Shown piece by piece: positions 1 to 15,000 of a DNA stretch of 64,000 nt; within the stretch, counting starts at the first letter, position 1, and each line of letters begins with the position of its first letter. Under the pieces are notes generated by a model, which was not told where the DNA came from, did no database searches, and saw only the letters and a list, made by a program, of their open reading frames with translations. The stretch lies in assembly GCA_947169105.1 (NCBI GenBank), contig CAMVOL010000003.1, positions 33,977 to 97,976 of the forward strand. The letters are read 5' to 3'. This DNA comes from an uncultured Bacteroidales bacterium. Its GTDB lineage: Bacteria > Bacteroidota > Bacteroidia > Bacteroidales > WCHB1-69. Both the position numbers and the translations under genes were made by a program.

Positions 1-1
1 C

Positions 2-3000
2 AGCGAGGATGATACCGTTGCGATACCACTGATATTCGTATTCGATACCTTCGATACCATTATCAATATGGTGTACATACAACTGGGTCGAACCACCTTC
101 GCAAACCATAGTGTCATTGTCAACATTGACAGCGATGAACGGGGCGGGATCATCAACAACCGTGAAGGTATAGACACCCGTGTTGCCCTGGACTGCCGTA
201 TTGACGTCGCAACCATAGGCATTGTCTTCGAAGGACATGACCACAGTGTAGTTATAGGTTCCGGCAGCAAGCGTATCCGGGATATCATAAGTGTTACCCG
301 TACCCACTTGTTCACCGTTGTTGAACCAAGTGTAGGTCGGCGTGCCAAGACCATTGATTTGGTCAGCACCGCCAGTGTAAGAGGCACTCAGCGTTGTCGT
401 ACCGCCAACACACACCATGCTTGCACCCATATTGTCAATATCAATCAAGGTTACAATCGGGTCTGTTGTTACATTGACGGCAACCGCCTGATCCATTGTG
501 GAAGTGGTGCAGCCAGGAGCACTTGTCACAACAACATGGACCATATACGGAGTCTCTCTTGCATCCAGACCTTCGACAACATACACATTCGTGTCATAAC
601 CGGCCTGTTCGTTGTCCAAGTACCACTGATACGTGTAAGTGTCATCAGCAGGATCAACATTGGCAGTGAACGTGACATTGCCACCTTCGCATACCGTGGT
701 CGAGCCAGTAGCCACAACACTGACCGTAGCGTGCGGTTTCACCGTCACAACCTGTGCAAAGACCTCTTCGGAGGTACAACCACTGGCGCGCAGCGTAACA
801 GTAGCGCTATAGGTGATTTCAGTGACATCGTTGTCAACAACCACCGGATTGTCAGTGAAGGTGTTGGCAGTGATGCCGTCCATTCTGGTACCGTTCTTGT
901 ACCAAGTGTAGGTAGCTTCACCTAAGACATCTTCAAGGGTGGCGTGAGCTGTCACAATCACCTGACCACCGTCACAAACAACAGCGTTGTTCACAGTGAT
1001 GGAGTCGATGGTCGGATCGTTATGGACAATGATGGTAACATCAGCAGAACCGATACAGTCGGAAGTGGTCTGGTAAACGAGCACCGTGTAAGCATACGTG
1101 CCAGCTCTCAAGTTGGTCGGAGTCGTGTAGGTCTCCTCATTGGCACCATGGAGGGTGTCACCTTCGAGCAACCACTGGTAGGTCAGGTTCTCAGCATTTC
1201 TGTCGATGATGTGAGAGGTCAAGACAGTGCTACCACCGACACAGTAGTCAGTTTCAGCAGCCTCAGCGTTCACAACAGGAGCAGCATTCACGAGGACTTC
1301 GAAGTCATCGCTGGCGGCGCAGCCGTTTTCATTGTGGATCACAACCATGAAGTGATAAGGATCAACGCTCGGTTCAAGAACGGTGTCAAGTTCGTTCGTG
1401 GTGAAACCAAGAGTGACGTTCTCTAATCTCCATTCATAGGTGAAGCCGTCAACGAGTTCGCTGTTGTCATTGAGATTGGCTGTCAGATGGACAGAGGTAG
1501 CGTTATTGCCTGAACCGCAGATGACAGGATCACCAGCGATAACAACCGTCGGATTTCTAAGGACTGTCACCGTGATAGTGGAGGAGTCAGTCACAATAGA
1601 CTGGCAACCTGAAGCGGTCAGCGTAGCAATCACCGTGTAGGTGAATGTAGTCGTGTCATTGTCAACCGTGACATGCGATTCAGTCAGAGTGGCACCGTGA
1701 GCATCAGCAACTTCTACGCCGTTCTTGGTCCACGTGTAGGTAACGTCGCCGAGAACTTCATCGTAGTGAGCCGTAGCTGTCAGAGTGAAGTTTCCACCGT
1801 CACAAATCACAGTGTCTTCGTCGCTGATAGCCAGTGATACAGTCGGGTCGTCATGGACATTGACCGTAACCGTGGCTCTGGAGATGCAAGAGGTCGTGGG
1901 TTGAGCAACCAACACTTCAAATGTATAGGTAGCAACCGTGTCAAGCGTGGTGGTGTATTCCGCACTGGTGGCACCTGCAACACTGTCGCCATTCAGCATC
2001 CACTGATAGGTCAGACCTTCGATGTTGTAGTTGTCAAGATGTGCGCTCACCGTCACCTGACCACCGGCGCAGATGTCAGCCTCAGAAGTGAGGGCAGTGA
2101 CTTCAACCGGCTGGTGGACCGTTACGTCGAAGGAAGCCCAATCGGAAGTACAACCGTTCGGGTTGGTGACACGTGCATAGAAGATATACGCTTCGTCATT
2201 CGGGACAAGAACCGTATCAATTCTGGCTGTAGTGAAGCTGAGCGTGCGGTTGAACAATCTCCATTCGTAAGTGTAACCGTCAGCATCAATAATGGTGTCA
2301 TTGACATTGGCAACGAGGACACATGTGTCGAGGCCTTCGCCAGCACCGCAGATGTTGTGGTCACCTTCGATTTCAACCGTAGCGTTCGGATAGACGTGGA
2401 CATCCATCGTGGAGTTGCTGTCAACGACAGACTGGCAACCAGAAGCCGTCAGGGTCACAATGACTTCATAACGGTAGTTGGTGAGGTCGCCATCAACCGT
2501 GACCGGAGAGTCAGTCAGGACACTGTCAGTGGCATTCTCAACTCTGACACCATTTCTGAACCATGTGAAGATTGGATCGCCGAGTTCAGGATCGTAAGTG
2601 GCCGTAGCCGTCAGAGTAATCTGACCACCTTCGCAGATATTCGTGTCAGGTGTCTCGTCGCTGATAGCCAAGCTGACCGTAGGATCGGAGTGGACTTTGA
2701 CGGTATCGCTACCGTAGGCCACACAACCGGATGTCGGCTGGTAAATCTTCACGAAGAAGGTGTACGTCTTAGCTGTATCCAGCGTAACAGTGTAAGTGGA
2801 CTGTGTGGCACCGCCAATCCTATCGGCATCGGTGGTGTCTCCAGCAAACCACTGGTAAGTCAGGTTCGGCATGTTGTAGTCGCCGATGTTGGCCGTGAAG
2901 GTCACAGTACCACCTTCGCAGATGTCATCTTCAGAGGCGGTGACAACAATGCTGGCCGTATCATTGACATAGACATAGAAGTCGGCACTTTCGTTGGTAC

Positions 3001-6000
3001 AACCGTTCGGGTTGTGGACGATGACCTTGAAGATGTACGGGTTGTCGCTCACAGCGAGACCGTAATCAAGAACCATCGTGTCAGCCACATGGTGGATGAG
3101 ACTATCGTCATCATTACCAATCGTGCGGTTGAACAGTCTCCATTCGTAAGTGTAACCATCAACATCGGCCACTGTGTCGTTCAGATGAGCGGTCAGGTGA
3201 GCAACCGTGCGGTTCAAACCGGCACCACAGATAATCGGGTCGCCTTCGATCTGGACCGTGCTGTTCGGATAGACGTGGACATCCATCGTGGAGTTGCTGT
3301 CGATGACAGACTGGCAACCAGAAGCCGTCAGGGTCACAAGGACTTCATAACGGTAGTGGGTGAGGTCGCCATCAACCGTGACCGGGGATTCTGTAATCAC
3401 ACTGTCAGTAGCGTTGAGAATTTCAACACCATTTCTGAACCAAGTGTAGGTCGGAGTGCCGAGGTTTTCATCGAAGGAAGCGTGTGCAACCAACGTGAAC
3501 TGGCCACCTTCGCAGATGTTCGTGTCACCGTCACTGATGGTGATCGAGTCGATGACAGGATCATTGTGGGCGTTGACCTTAACAGAAGCGATGGTGTAGC
3601 AGGAAGAGTTCGGCTGCGACACAACTACGTAGAAGGTTGTGGTGTCCTCAAGTATCGTAGTAAAGGTGGATTCTGTAGCGCCAGGAATTATGTTGGCAAC
3701 AATGTTGGAATCCGTGTCACCGACCTGCATACGAGTGGTCGTAGTGTCGGTGGCCTTGTACCACTGGTAGGTCAAACCTTCAATATTATAGTTGTCAAGA
3801 TGTGCGCTGACAGTCACTTCACCACCCTTACAGATGTCGGTTTCTGTCGTGAGAGCCGTCACAGCAACTGCCTTGTTGACAATAGCAGAGAACGGAGCGC
3901 TAATCGTTGTACAACCATTCGGATTGTGAACCGTCACCGTGAAGATGTAAGGTTCGTCATTGGGTTCGAGAACCATGTGCAGGACAGGTGTCGTAGCACC
4001 CCAGACTATATTAACGCTGTCTTCGAGAGTTCTGTTGAACAGTCTCCATTCATAGGTGTAACTGTCAGCAACAACTGTATCGTTGACATTAGCCGTCAAT
4101 ACGAGGGTATCCATACCGATGCCGTCACCGCAGATGAAGTGATCACCTTCGATTTCAACAGTCGGGTTCGGGAATACATAGACATCAACCGTAGAACTGT
4201 CGGTAATGACAGACTGGCAACCGGAAGCGGTCAGCGTGACCAGCACCTGATAGGTGTAACGTGTGCTGTCACCATCAACTGTCAGCGGGCTTTCAACGAG
4301 GATGCTGTCGTGAGCATTTTCGATTTCGAAGCCGTTTCTGAACCAAGTGAAGGTGGGAACACCCAGTGCAACCGTATCATAGGAAGCATGAGCAATCAGT
4401 CTGATCTGACCACCGTCGCAGATAATCGTATCATTATCATCAATATCAAGTTTCACAACAGGATCGTCGTGGACATTGATCGTGATGGCAGCCTGGCTCA
4501 AGCAAGAGCTGGTAGTCTGGACAAGATCCACATAGAAGGTTGTGGTCGAATCCAATGTCGTGGTGTAAGTGGAGGAGGTGGCACCGGCAATCGTGTCGAT
4601 AGTCGAAGCATTCTCCTGCAACGAAGACCACTGGTAGGTGAGGCTCGGCACGTTGTAGTCGCCGAGGTTGGCGAACAAGGTGACTTCACCACCTCTACAG
4701 ATTTCCGTTTCGCTGGCCGTAATCACGAGGCTTGTCGTGTCATTGACAAACACCGGGAACGGTTCGCTGGAGGTGGAGCATCCGTTGAAATTCCATACAT
4801 GTACGGTGAAGAGATACGGGTTCTCACTCGGAGCAGCAAGGACGGTCAGAACAGTGCTGTCTAAGCCACTGATCACAACCACATTATTATTGCTGTTCGT
4901 GTCGTCAACCGTAAGAGTGCGGTTGAAGAGTCTCCATTCGTAAGTGAAGCCATCCACACGTGCAGAGGTATCATTCACGTTGGCAATCAGTCGGAGTGTA
5001 TCACGTTCGTTACCAGCACCGCAGATAACCGGATCACCTTCAATCTGGACAGTGGCATTCGGGAGGATGGTGATAACTCTCGTGGAGTTGCTGTCAATCG
5101 TGGACTGGCAACCATTGGCAGACATCGTGACCAACACCGTGTAGGTATGGTTGATGCTGTCGTTATCAACCGTCATCGGATGTTCGGTAAGGACAGAGTC
5201 GTGTGCACCGACGATTTCAACGCCATCTCTGAACCATGTGTAGGTAGCAATACCAAGGACGCTGTCAACCGTCGTGTGAGCAGTGAGGGTAAACTCACCA
5301 CCAGCGCAGATGACGGTATCATTGTCGCTAACTGTGATGGAGTCGATAACCGGATCGGAGTGGACAAGAATTTCGATATTGTCAGTGTCGAAGCAGTGCG
5401 AACGCGTTCTGTAAACTCTCACAGAGAACTTGTTGATACCTGTGTCAGACAAAGCATTCGTGGTGTAAACAGGAAGTGTGGCACCGTAGATTTCGTGAGC
5501 GAGGTCAACTGTATCGGTGGTGTACCACTGGAAGGTAAGATCGTCCATGTGGTAGTTCTCCAGATTGGCCGTCAAGGTCACACTTCCATCGACACAGATG
5601 TCAGTTTCAGTAGTGGTAATCATAACTCTGGGCTGTTCCTCAACATAAACAAGGAACTGTTCGCTCATTGTTCTGCAACCGTTGCCTCTGGTCACTTCAA
5701 CAGAGATACGATACGGGTTCGGACGAGCCGGATAGTATTCACTGAAACGGCTGTCGTTGCCATAACCATACTCCATATTGTCTCTCAACTCACCCGATTC
5801 GTACCAAGTGTAACTGAGTTCTCCAACATTGATGGAGGAAGTATCCACATTGGCATAGCAGAAGATAGGATCAGTTTCACAGACATACGGATAACCGGTG
5901 ACTTCGACGCGCGGGTTCATATAGACGTTGAGTGTGTCGGAAGAATTGCTTTCGGAGATACAGCCAGAAACATCCTGATGAACCGTAGCAGTATAGATAT

Positions 6001-9000
6001 AGTAGGTGTCATCATTATCAACGGCAACTTCATTGAGGTTGTCGGTGAAGGAACGACTTGTCACACCTTCGATGAGCTCACCATTTCTGTACCAAGTGTA
6101 GATGTACGGATTGTTCACCGTATCCACACCACCGTGTGCATAGGCCGTGATGGTCGGCTGACCACCGTAGCACATTTCGTAGAAGCTCAGCTTGATGGAG
6201 TCAACAACCGGAATTTCATTCACGTTGATCTGGATGGAATCGTAGGAACGGCATTCAGAACCAACCTGATAGACCTCGACGTAGTACATCGTTGTGTCAG
6301 TCGGGGTAACCGTGATTTCACGCTGCATACCACCATCAACATTAGAACTATCACCGGTACGGAGGTTCTTTGCAGACCAGCGATACATCAGGTTGTCAAG
6401 GTTGTAGTTGTCGATATTGGCAACGAGCACCGTGCTACCACCTTCGCAGATGGTGGTGTCTTCACCAACAGCCACAGTGACTTCAACCACCGGACGCGGG
6501 CTGACCGTCACGGAGAAAACTTCGCTTTCGGAAGTACAACCGTGAGCGTTGGCCACCACTACTGTGTAGTTATAAGCGTGGTCTCTCGGAGCCTTGTTCT
6601 CAATAATCGTGTCATGACCCTCCTGCGGCTGACGGATCGTGTCGTTGTCGAGCAACCAAGTGTAGGTCAGGTGTGCAGAGTCATAATCATAGGTGACATT
6701 TGCAGTCAGGTAGATAGTGCTATCCTGGCAGATGGTCGGATCGCCGCTGATGACCACGTACGGGTTCGGGTTGACCGTCAGCGTATCGGCGTATGCACGC
6801 ACGGATTCGCAACCGGCAGCCGTCTGATGAACCGTAGCGGAGAAGACGTACTTGGTGATGTCACCGTCAACCGTGAGGTCGCTCACAGTGAAGGTAGAAT
6901 CGGTGTAGCCTTCCATCAGCTCGTTGTTGCGGTACCAAGTGAAGATGTACGGGAATTCAGTAGAATCAACACCGCCGTGAGCGTGAGCCGTAACCGTTAC
7001 CTGACCACCGTCGCAGATGTCATAGACAGACAGCTGGATCGTGTCGATAACCGGAACTTTATTCACGTTAATCTTGATGGAGTCGTATGAACGGCATTCA
7101 GAACCAACCTGATAGACCTCAACGTAGTACATTGTGGTATCTGTCGGGTTGACCGTGATTTCACGCTGCATACCACCATCAACATCAATGCTGTCGTTGG
7201 TACGGAGGTTCTTTGCAGACCAACGATACATCAGGTTGTCAAGGTTGTAGTTGTCGATATTGGCAACGAGCACCGTGCTACCACCTTCGCAGATGGTGGT
7301 GTCTTCACCAACAGCCACAGTGACTTCAACCACCGGACGCGGGCTGACCGTCACGGAGAAAACTTCGCTTTCGGAAGTACAACCGTGAGCGTTGGCCACC
7401 ACTACTGTGTAGTTATAAGCGTGGTCTCTCGGAGCCTTGTTCTCAATAATCGTGTCATGACCCTCCTGCGGCTGACGGATCGTGTCGTTGTCGAGCAACC
7501 AAGTGTAGGTCAGGTGTGCAGAGTCATAATCATAGGTGACATTTGCAGTCAGGTAGATAGTGCTATCCTGGCAGATGGTCGGATCGCCGCTGATGACCAC
7601 GTACGGGTTCGGGTTGACCGTCAGCGTATCGGCGTATGCACGCACGGATTCGCAACCGGCAGCCGTCTGATGAACCGTAGCGGAGAAGACGTACTTGGTG
7701 ATGTCACCGTCAACCGTGAGGTCGCTCACAGTGAAGGTAGAATCGGTGTAGCCTTCCATCAGCTCGTTGTTGCGGTACCAAGTGAAGATGTACGGGAATT
7801 CAGTAGAATCAACACCGCCGTGAGCGTGAGCCGTAACCGTTACCTGACCACCGTCGCAGATGTCATAGACAGACAGCTGGATCGTGTCGATAACCGGAAC
7901 CGGACGGACAACCACTGTGTCGGAACCGTAGGTTTCGCAAGCAGAAGGAGTCTGGAACACGCGCACCCAGAATACGGTGGTCTCATGGACACTCGTGGTC
8001 AGAGTGGACTGCGTGGCACCCCAAATCTGGTTGGCAGCGGTCGTATCATTCTTATACCATCTGTAGGTCAGATCGCTGTCATTGTAGTCACCGAGGTTGG
8101 CGGTCAATGTCACCACACCATCCGTGCAGATTGTATCTTCTGTGGAGGTAACTTCAACAACGATCGTGTCGTTTACATATACATAGTAAGGAGCGCTTTC
8201 CATGCGGCAACCGTGCGGGTTGTCCACAACAACCGTATAGATGTACGGGTAATCCTGCGGACCACGTTTGTCAACGATGGAGTCACGTCCGTTCACTGTG
8301 CCATTGGAGTTGGCATCAGTGATGGTGTCATTGTAGAGCAACCAAGTGTAGGTCAGTTCGGCACCCATGTAATCATTGGTGACGTTGGCATACAATTTGA
8401 TGATTGTATCTTCGCAAATGATCGGGTCGCCGGCGATAACCACTGTCGGGTTCGGATAGACCGTCAGCGTGTCATTCGAGAAGGTTCTGACAGACTGGCA
8501 ACCGGAGGAAGCCTGCTTGACAGAAGCGCTATAGACATACTTGGTGATATTACCGTCAACCGTCAGCGGGCTTTCCGTGAAGATGGAGTCGGTAACACCC
8601 TCAATCACTTCGTTATTACGGAACCAAGTGAAGACATATTCATCGCTGGCAACACCGCCGGTAGCGTGAGCCACCATCGTGACCTGACCACCGTCGCAGA
8701 TGCTGGTATCGCTGATGACAACAGAGTCAACCACCGGATCTTTCACAACCACAACCTTGAAGCCATCAACAGAAGTACAAAGCGCGTGGTTGTTCTGACC
8801 TAACGTGGAGGAAACTTTCACATAATAGGTGGTCGTTGAATCCGGAACAACCGTGTAGGTGGCTTCGGAAGCACCAAGGATTCTGTTAGCTTCAACATCA
8901 GGATCATTCTTGTACCACTGATAGAGCAAGTATTCAATATTGTAATCTTCAAGTGTAGCAGTCAAAGTGACTTCGCCACCCTCGCATATCGTATCCTCAG

Positions 9001-12000
9001 TGGCAACGATATGAGTAACAGGTGCTTTGTACACTACGACTTCGAAAGGATCACTCCATGCAGAGCAACCATTAGCATCGACCACTTCAACCTGATATTC
9101 GTGTGCCCAACCTGTGGTAACATCAACATTGTCAGTGTAAGTGTAACGAGCTGCGTTGATTGCACGGCCGTCGAAGTACCAGTAATAAGTTGTGGTAAGC
9201 GGGATATTGGTTCTTCCGTTCACCCAAGCAACCAGGTTAACCGGGTCATACTGACACACATACGGGACACCCTGAATTCTCACGACAGGATTACGCGTCA
9301 CTGTGATAGAATCGGAGATACCTCTGTTGGAGTAGCGGCAACCAGGAATATCCAGAACAATGGTCGTGCTATAGACATAGCGGGTCGTATCATCGTCCAC
9401 TGTCAGCGGGCTCTCACGGAACCACGGACCACTCAGGAACGGATGTTCGAAGCCATTTCTGAACCATTCGTAGGTGAACAGCGTGGAATCAACAGGATTG
9501 CCATAAAGGTCGCGGACAGAAGCCGTCACATCAACCTGACCGCCGTCGCAAATCTGGTGCGAGTTGGTGGCAACATTCAAAGCAGTAACTTTGGACACTT
9601 CGAACGGGGTTCTCGGCCATACATAGACGGAGTCATAGCCTTCGGCCACACAACCGGAGTTGGTCTGGGTGATTTTGAGTGCAAATTTGTTCCACAACGT
9701 ATCCGTCAGCGTGTAAGTCAGCCACGGTTCTCTAGCCCATTCAATGGGGATCAGCGTGTCAAGACCACCTGAAGTCTTCTCAACCTTGTACCACTGGAAG
9801 GTGAGATGGCGGCTGTTGTAGTCAACAATATGGGATGTGAAGGTCACTTCACCACCAATACAAACGCTGTCATAATCAGATGTAATCGCCACATTGATAG
9901 AATTGGAGTCATTGACATAGACCGGGAACTCATCGCTCAGCGTTGTGCAACCACGGTCATTCGTCACCTGAACAGTGAAGAGGTACGGGTTGTCAGAAGC
10001 TTCCATACGGATCTTTAAGGTGTCGTCTGTAGCATCTTCAATGTTGCGGTTTGCAAGTCTCCACTGGTAGGAAATCGGATAGTTAGCCGTATCGTTCACG
10101 TTGGCAACAAGGACGATACTGTCATTCTCCATGTTACAGATAATCGGGTCGCCAGAAATCTGGACGGTCGGGTTACCGTAAACAATGACCGCAGTATCGG
10201 CAGCCTCCACGCGGCAACCAGCATAATCCGGGAAGAAGGTCACACCATAGACATATCTGGTGGAGTCGCCATCAACTGCCAACGGGCTGTCAAGGATAGT
10301 GGCACCGTATGCACCTTCGATGATGATACCATTTCTCGTCCAAGAATATGTACCACCGTCAAGGGCTTCACCATGATTGTTCGTAGCTTGGAGCATAATC
10401 TCACCGCCGCTACAAATTGTATCATGAGCTGTGAGGGCAATCACGATAGTATCGGGTGTGAAAACTGTAATTGTGTCATAACCGTAAGCGGAGCACAAGG
10501 ATGTGGTCTGGGTCACTTTCACTCTATAGCACATGGTTGAGTCAACCACGGTGGTAAGAATGCGTTCCGTAGCACCCCAAATCGGAGTGAAGTTGTCAGA
10601 ACCCATCGGAGCAGATTCCCATCTGTAGGTCAGCTGATCCGTGTTGTAATCAAAGAGGTGAGCCGTCAATGTAACCTCGGCGCCTTCGCAAACGGTATCC
10701 GCAGTGGCGGTAACTTCAACGAAGATGGAGTCATTGACATAAACCGCATAAGCTTCGCTCATAGTCGTACAACCTCTGTCGTTGAAGATCTTCACCGTGT
10801 AGAGATACGGTTCATCTCTGAAACCGGCTGTGGTTGTCAGTGTATCGGCTGTCTGACCTTCAAGCATACGGTTGGATTCGTACCACTGATAGTGCAGGTC
10901 GTCGAAGACAGCAACCGTATCAACGTATGCGTGCAAGGAAATGTTACCCGCCACTGAATCGCACACGATAGCATCACCAGAAATCTGGATAGTCGGGTTC
11001 GGATAGACATAGATGGTCGTATCAACTATCAAGGAGTTGCAGCCGCCGCTGACAGGAATGTACATAGCTGCATAAGTGTAAGCGGTAGAATCTCCATCAA
11101 CAGCCATCGGGTAGTCGATAATAGTATCGAGGTTAGCACCCGGGATCTGCTGACCGTTTCTGTACCAAATGTAATAGCCGCTGGCCTGATGTGTCACACC
11201 CAACATAACAGCACCACCGAAGCAGATGGCTGTGTCACCCACATACGTGAATGCGATGCTGGAGGAATTCATCAGTTTTACAGAGTCATAACCTTCGGCA
11301 ATACAGCCAGAGTTGGTCTGGAGAATGACAATCTTGTACTTCACCCAATCATTAACGGCCTGCTCTGTGGTCGGATGTACAGAGGCAATACGTTCGGTAG
11401 CACCATATTCAGGTGTATAGTCACCAACCGTGTTGTCATATCTGTACCAACGATAGGTAAGGAACTCATCGTTGTAGTCGGCAAGATTGGCCGTAAGAAC
11501 CAGATCACCGCCCGGGCAGATAGAATCAACATTATGGGTAACTTCCACAAGGATGGAATCATTCACATAGACATTGTAAGGTTCGCTGGTAACAGTGCAT
11601 CCTCTGTCATTGGAAGCAATCACTGTGAAGATGTACGGCTGGTCAGTCGGCTCAGCTTTGAACATCAATGTGTCATGTGCATTTTCAGCTGTACGAATTG
11701 TTTCGTTGAAGAGTCTCCATTCATAATTGTAGGCCAAACCAGCAATTGTGTCGTTGAGATTTGCTTTCAACATAATCATAGTATCTTCACAGATAATCTG
11801 ATCGCCAGCAATCTGGATGGTCGGAGTCGGGAACACGTAGAGGGTATCGGTCTTCATTTCAGAAGCACAACCGCTATTTTCCTGCGAAATCACAACACCA
11901 TAGACATAAACTGCGGTGTCGTACGTAGTAGCAACAGCGATTTCGCGGAGGATGGAGTCATTAGTGACCGCGATTTCAATACCATTCTTGTACCAAGTGT

Positions 12001-15000
12001 AAGTGTAAGCAACACCCGGAATACCCAGCGTATCATTAGGAACAGCGGCGATTTCAACCTGATAGCCTTCGCAAACGCTATCTTCGTTCATCACAATCTG
12101 GTCAATAGAGGGAACAGCATTCACCTTGATGTAAGCAACCTGAGTGGTCTTACAACGGGAATCAAGATCCGTAACCGTAACAGCGATGGTGTCCATACCC
12201 TGTTCGTTCAGATCGGAAGTGACCAACGTGGAAGCAAATGCACCCGTCACCACTTCTTCATTAATCTTCCAAGTGTAGGAAACATTGGCATTCGGATTCT
12301 CAATAGAAGCCGTAGCCACAGCTGTACCACCGTAGCAAATAGTGTCTTCTGCAACAGAGACTGCCACAACTTGCGGAGCCATAATGTCGATGGACAATTC
12401 ATTACTACGCACGGAGCAACCATTCGCTGTGGTAACAACTGCCTGATAGATGTTATTGTTACGTGCCACAGGAACATTGTCCGTAAAGTCAAGCTCCCAG
12501 CTGGAAGGACCTGTCAGCATCGGTGTAGAAGGAGTCAACAACGTAAGACCATTATCCAGATAGAGCTGGACATCATCGGTCGTACGATAATTACCCGTAA
12601 TCTTCACTGCAATCTGGACATCCGTGTTGGTACAGTATGCGTCATACATAGCAGAGATAACAACCACTGGGTTGGCCGTTACAGTCACCTTGGCGACATT
12701 GGAAACGGCGGACTGGCAAGCCGGAGCTTCAGCCATAGCCATAACGGTGTAGTTATGAACCGTGTTGTCGTTGTCGTATGCAACCGGCGAGACAGTGTAA
12801 ACGCTGTCGGTCACACCAGAAATCTGCTGGCCGTTGTCAAACCAAGTGTAGGTAACCGTACCCAATGCGGCAGGAATTGCCGTAGCGGGAGTGGCAACAA
12901 GCGTAACCTGACCACCTTCGCAAATCAACGTATCGGAGACCTTAAGGGTGATTGTCGGCATCTCGCTCATCTTGACATTAATGTTACCTGTCGCGGTGCA
13001 ACCAGTGTTGGTCTGGTTGATGGTCACCTCATAGGTAGTATTTCCATTAACTGCCGTAGTAATGGTAGCCTGCGTGGCACCCGGAATTTCAGTACCGTTG
13101 GCTTTCCAGACGTAGGTCAGGTTCGTAGCATTGTAGTCAGCGATGTTAGCCGTGAGGATAACTTCACCTGTCGGGCAAACCATCGTGTCAGAAGCCGTAA
13201 CCACAACCTGGATGGAAGCAGAATCGCTCACATACACATAGAACGGATCGCTGACGGCAGCACAGCCCGTAATATCATTCGTGACTTTGACCGTGAAGAT
13301 GTACGGATTTTCGCTGCTGTCATAGTGTTTATCCAAAGTGTCATTGTCTGTAGCTGGGATGTCGGCATTAGCAAGCATCCACTGATAAGTGTAAGTGGCT
13401 GTACCAATCGTATCGTTCACATTGGCTATTAATACAACATTGTTACCATTGCAGATGATAGGATCACCCGTGATAGCAACGGTGTGGTTCGGGTAAACCG
13501 TGACGACCGTGTCAATAGAGGGCTGGACGCATCCCGGAATTTCAGGAACATAGACCAAAGAGTAGTTGTAAGTGGTGACAGCACCGTCAACCGTAACCGG
13601 AGAATCCGTAACTGTATTCAGGTTTGCACCAGGAATCATCTGACCATTTCTATACCATGTATAGGTACCGCGGCCAGTGATATCAGCGGTGAGGGTGATT
13701 TCTCCACCGTCACAGATAACATCACTCGGTGTAAGCGTGAGGTTAATCGTGTCAAGAGTAATAATTGTGACCGTATCATAACCCACTGCCATACATCCGG
13801 AAGTGGTCTGTAACACATAAACTTTATAGTTTGTTTTTTCAGTCGGATGAACCGTCAGCGTACGGCTGGTGGCACCATAGATTTCTGTTTCGGTTGTACC
13901 GTTTGTGGTGTACCATCTGTAAGTGAGGTTCGTCGAATTGTAATCACCAAGATTTGCAGTCAGTATCACTTCACCGCCAGCGCAAACCGTGTCATCGGAA
14001 GCTGTAACTTCAACGATGATGTCATTGTTGACATAAACTGCGTAAGGTTCGCTGATGCTTCTGCAACCATTGGCGTTCGTAATCTCCACCGTATAGATGT
14101 AAGGTTCATTAGAAGCCGGATGGCTGATGGTGATTGTAGCATTCGTAGAATCAGTAATATCCGTATTGAATAGTCTCCACTGATATTCAACGACACCTGT
14201 AGCAAGAACCGTGTCATTCACATGAGCAGTGAGGGTTGTCACACTGTCATTGCAGAGGAGAGCATTACCACTGATGGCAACCGTCGGATTGTCATAGACG
14301 TTCAGTGTGTCGGAAACTGCTGCGGAGGCGCAAGCAGAACTTGCCTGCGTAGCAATAGCAGTATAGATAAAGGTGTTGGCATCGTAATCCGCCAATGACG
14401 GATTGTCAATGAACATGCTGTCAGTGACGTTTTCAATCTGAACACCATTTCTGAACCAAGTGAAGGTGTAAGGCTCGTTCTCAATACCACCGGAAACAGA
14501 AGCCGTAACTGTGACTTGTGCGCCCTGACAAATGTTGTTTTCACTGATTTCAACCTGAGAGATGACAGGAGCATCCTTCGGAGTGATAGTGACATTCACA
14601 GTGTCAGCACATTCGGTAGTAGTTTGTTTCACAATAAGATAATAGGTAGTAGCCGTTTCAATCGGGTCTGTAGTGTAGGTGATTTCGTTAGCACCACTAA
14701 TCGGGGTGGTCAAATCATTCTGGAACCACTGATAGGTGAGGTCTTCCAGATTGTAGTTGTCAATATGACCGGTGAGGTTGACCACACCACCGTTACAAAT
14801 TGTCGTATCATCAACCGTGATGGCGGCAACCGGAGCAGCTTTGATATAAACATCGTAAGGCTCGCTCATAACCGTACAGCCGGCACCAAGGTCTATCTTG
14901 ATGGTATAGCTATAGGGTTCAGCCTGTGCATCGCGAGAAGCGTGGGAATCTTCGCTATAATAGAATGTGGGAGTAAGCGGGGTCTTTGCCATCAAAGTAG

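Noticed and set aside
6381-7900. Duplicated segment as a DGR template/variable repeat pair
   Set aside because: The core copies are identical, in frame and tandem. There is no adenine-specific mismatch pattern and no reverse transcriptase in the window.
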